From positions 1 to 37,397 of the forward strand of contig NW_021826271.1 in the NCBI RefSeq assembly GCF_006345805.1: a stretch of DNA of 37,397 nucleotides. Reading direction: 5' to 3'. Below, in pieces: positions 36,240 through 37,397 of this stretch. Under the pieces are notes generated by a model. It ran no database searches and was not told where the DNA came from. It saw only the letters and a list, made by a program, of their open reading frames with translations. Within the stretch, counting starts at the first letter, position 1; each line of letters starts with the position of its first letter. The position numbers and the translations under genes are program-made. This stretch comes from Octopus sinensis. Taxonomy: Eukaryota.

Positions 36240-36670
36240 AGGCAAAATGCTTAGCTGTATTTCATCTGTCTTTACAGTCTGAGTTCAAATTCTGCTGAGG
36301 TTGACTTCACCTTTCATCTTTTCAGGGTCGATAAACTAAATATCAGTTGTGTACTGGAGTCGATGTAATTGACCGTCCCCTTCCTCAAATTTCAGGCCTT
36401 GTGCCTATAGTAGAAATTATTATGATTATTATTATTATCATTATTATTAATATTATTATTATTATTATGGTAAAAGGCTGGCAAAGCCAGTAGCATGCCC
36501 AACAAAATACTCCGTAGCATCTTGTCTTAATTTGAATTCTGCCATGGTCAATTTTGCCTTTCATCTTTTCAGCATCGATAAGATAGTCAATTACTGGTGG
36601 GGGTTGATGTAATCGACTTCACACTTCCCTCAAAAACTGCTGGCCTTGTGCCAAAATTTGAAACTATTAT
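34610..36670 (+). mobile_element. Head-to-tail cluster of 8 copies of the same SINE, (ATT)n/(ATC)n spacers
   Basis: Copies at ~34615, 34820, 35371, 35575, 35783, 36010, 36240 and 36470. The last six are contiguous apart from ATT runs. Confidence 0.85.
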
Positions 36671-37397
36671 CATTACTGAGACAGCAGATAAAATGTTATT
36701 TACGCTTTTATTACTCTATTTCTGTTGAAGTACAATTAATTTTGAAAATATAATGTAGGGAAATGTCTTTGTTACTATTAAACTGGGTGTTTGGAACATG
36801 AATTAATATGAAATTTTTAATTTTTAATTTAGAACACTTTAACCTTCTTGTTGCTATATTTCTGTTGAAATACACTTTCTTTTAATTAATTTTGAAAATG
36901 ATGAAAAATTTAGTCAAATAACTTATTTGGAACGCATTAACATGAAATTTTGATGGAATGTTTTAATTTAGGCCAATCAAAAACAAAATATTTGTGTCAT
37001 AGAACTGGCGCTGAAAGGTTTAAGGATTGTTGGAATTAGAATAACATCAGAGAGGACATTTTACAATATAGTAGCAGTCTTTTAATATAGCATCAGATTG
37101 ATGTCTCATAGTATTTGTGTCAAGCAGAATGTCTTGTGGCATTGTGGTTGACAGAATGTCTTGCTGTACAGCACCAAACAAAATATTTAATTTTATAGCA
37201 TCAATCAGAACTGTCTTGTATCATTATGAGAATGTTCATATGGCAGGAATGGTAGTGCTAGATTAAATACCATTTAAGATGGTATATCATCAAATCAAGT
37301 GTCCAGCATTTTTTTGTTACAATCTTTTATGTTCTGAGTTTCAAATCTCTTCAAGATCATCTTTATCTTTCCATCTCCCGGTGTCAATAAAATAGAA

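Noticed and set aside
34610-36670. Repeat-spacer appearance suggesting a CRISPR-like array (also 22930-23275)
   Set aside because: Eukaryotic context, units too long or degenerate, spacers are microsatellites, no cas genes.

Overview
AT-rich, microsatellite-dense, repeat-saturated animal genomic DNA. The repeat families and (TA)n/(CA)n/(ATT)n density point to an octopus (coleoid cephalopod), which is an inference. One clearly functional coding exon is present: the large terminal exon of menin (MEN1, + strand, 3503-4598), whose upstream exons lie outside the window. On the - strand at 27785-28678 lies an orphan, intronless fatty-acid-synthase-type thioesterase (TE) domain. Its Ser-Asp-His triad is intact but a single in-frame TAG splits it. 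The remainder is mobile DNA: a decayed RTE LINE 3' half and copies of its 3' end, a restriction-like-endonuclease (R4/Dong-type) retrotransposon fragment sitting in a TAA microsatellite, and several tRNA-derived SINE families. One SINE family forms head-to-tail arrays spaced by (ATT)n. There are also piggyBac-type (TTAA) MITEs, a near-identical 1.26 kb tandem duplication, degenerate minisatellites and two hairpins. Most ORFs in the supplied track are microsatellite or antisense artefacts. No CRISPR array, rRNA or authentic tRNA gene was found.
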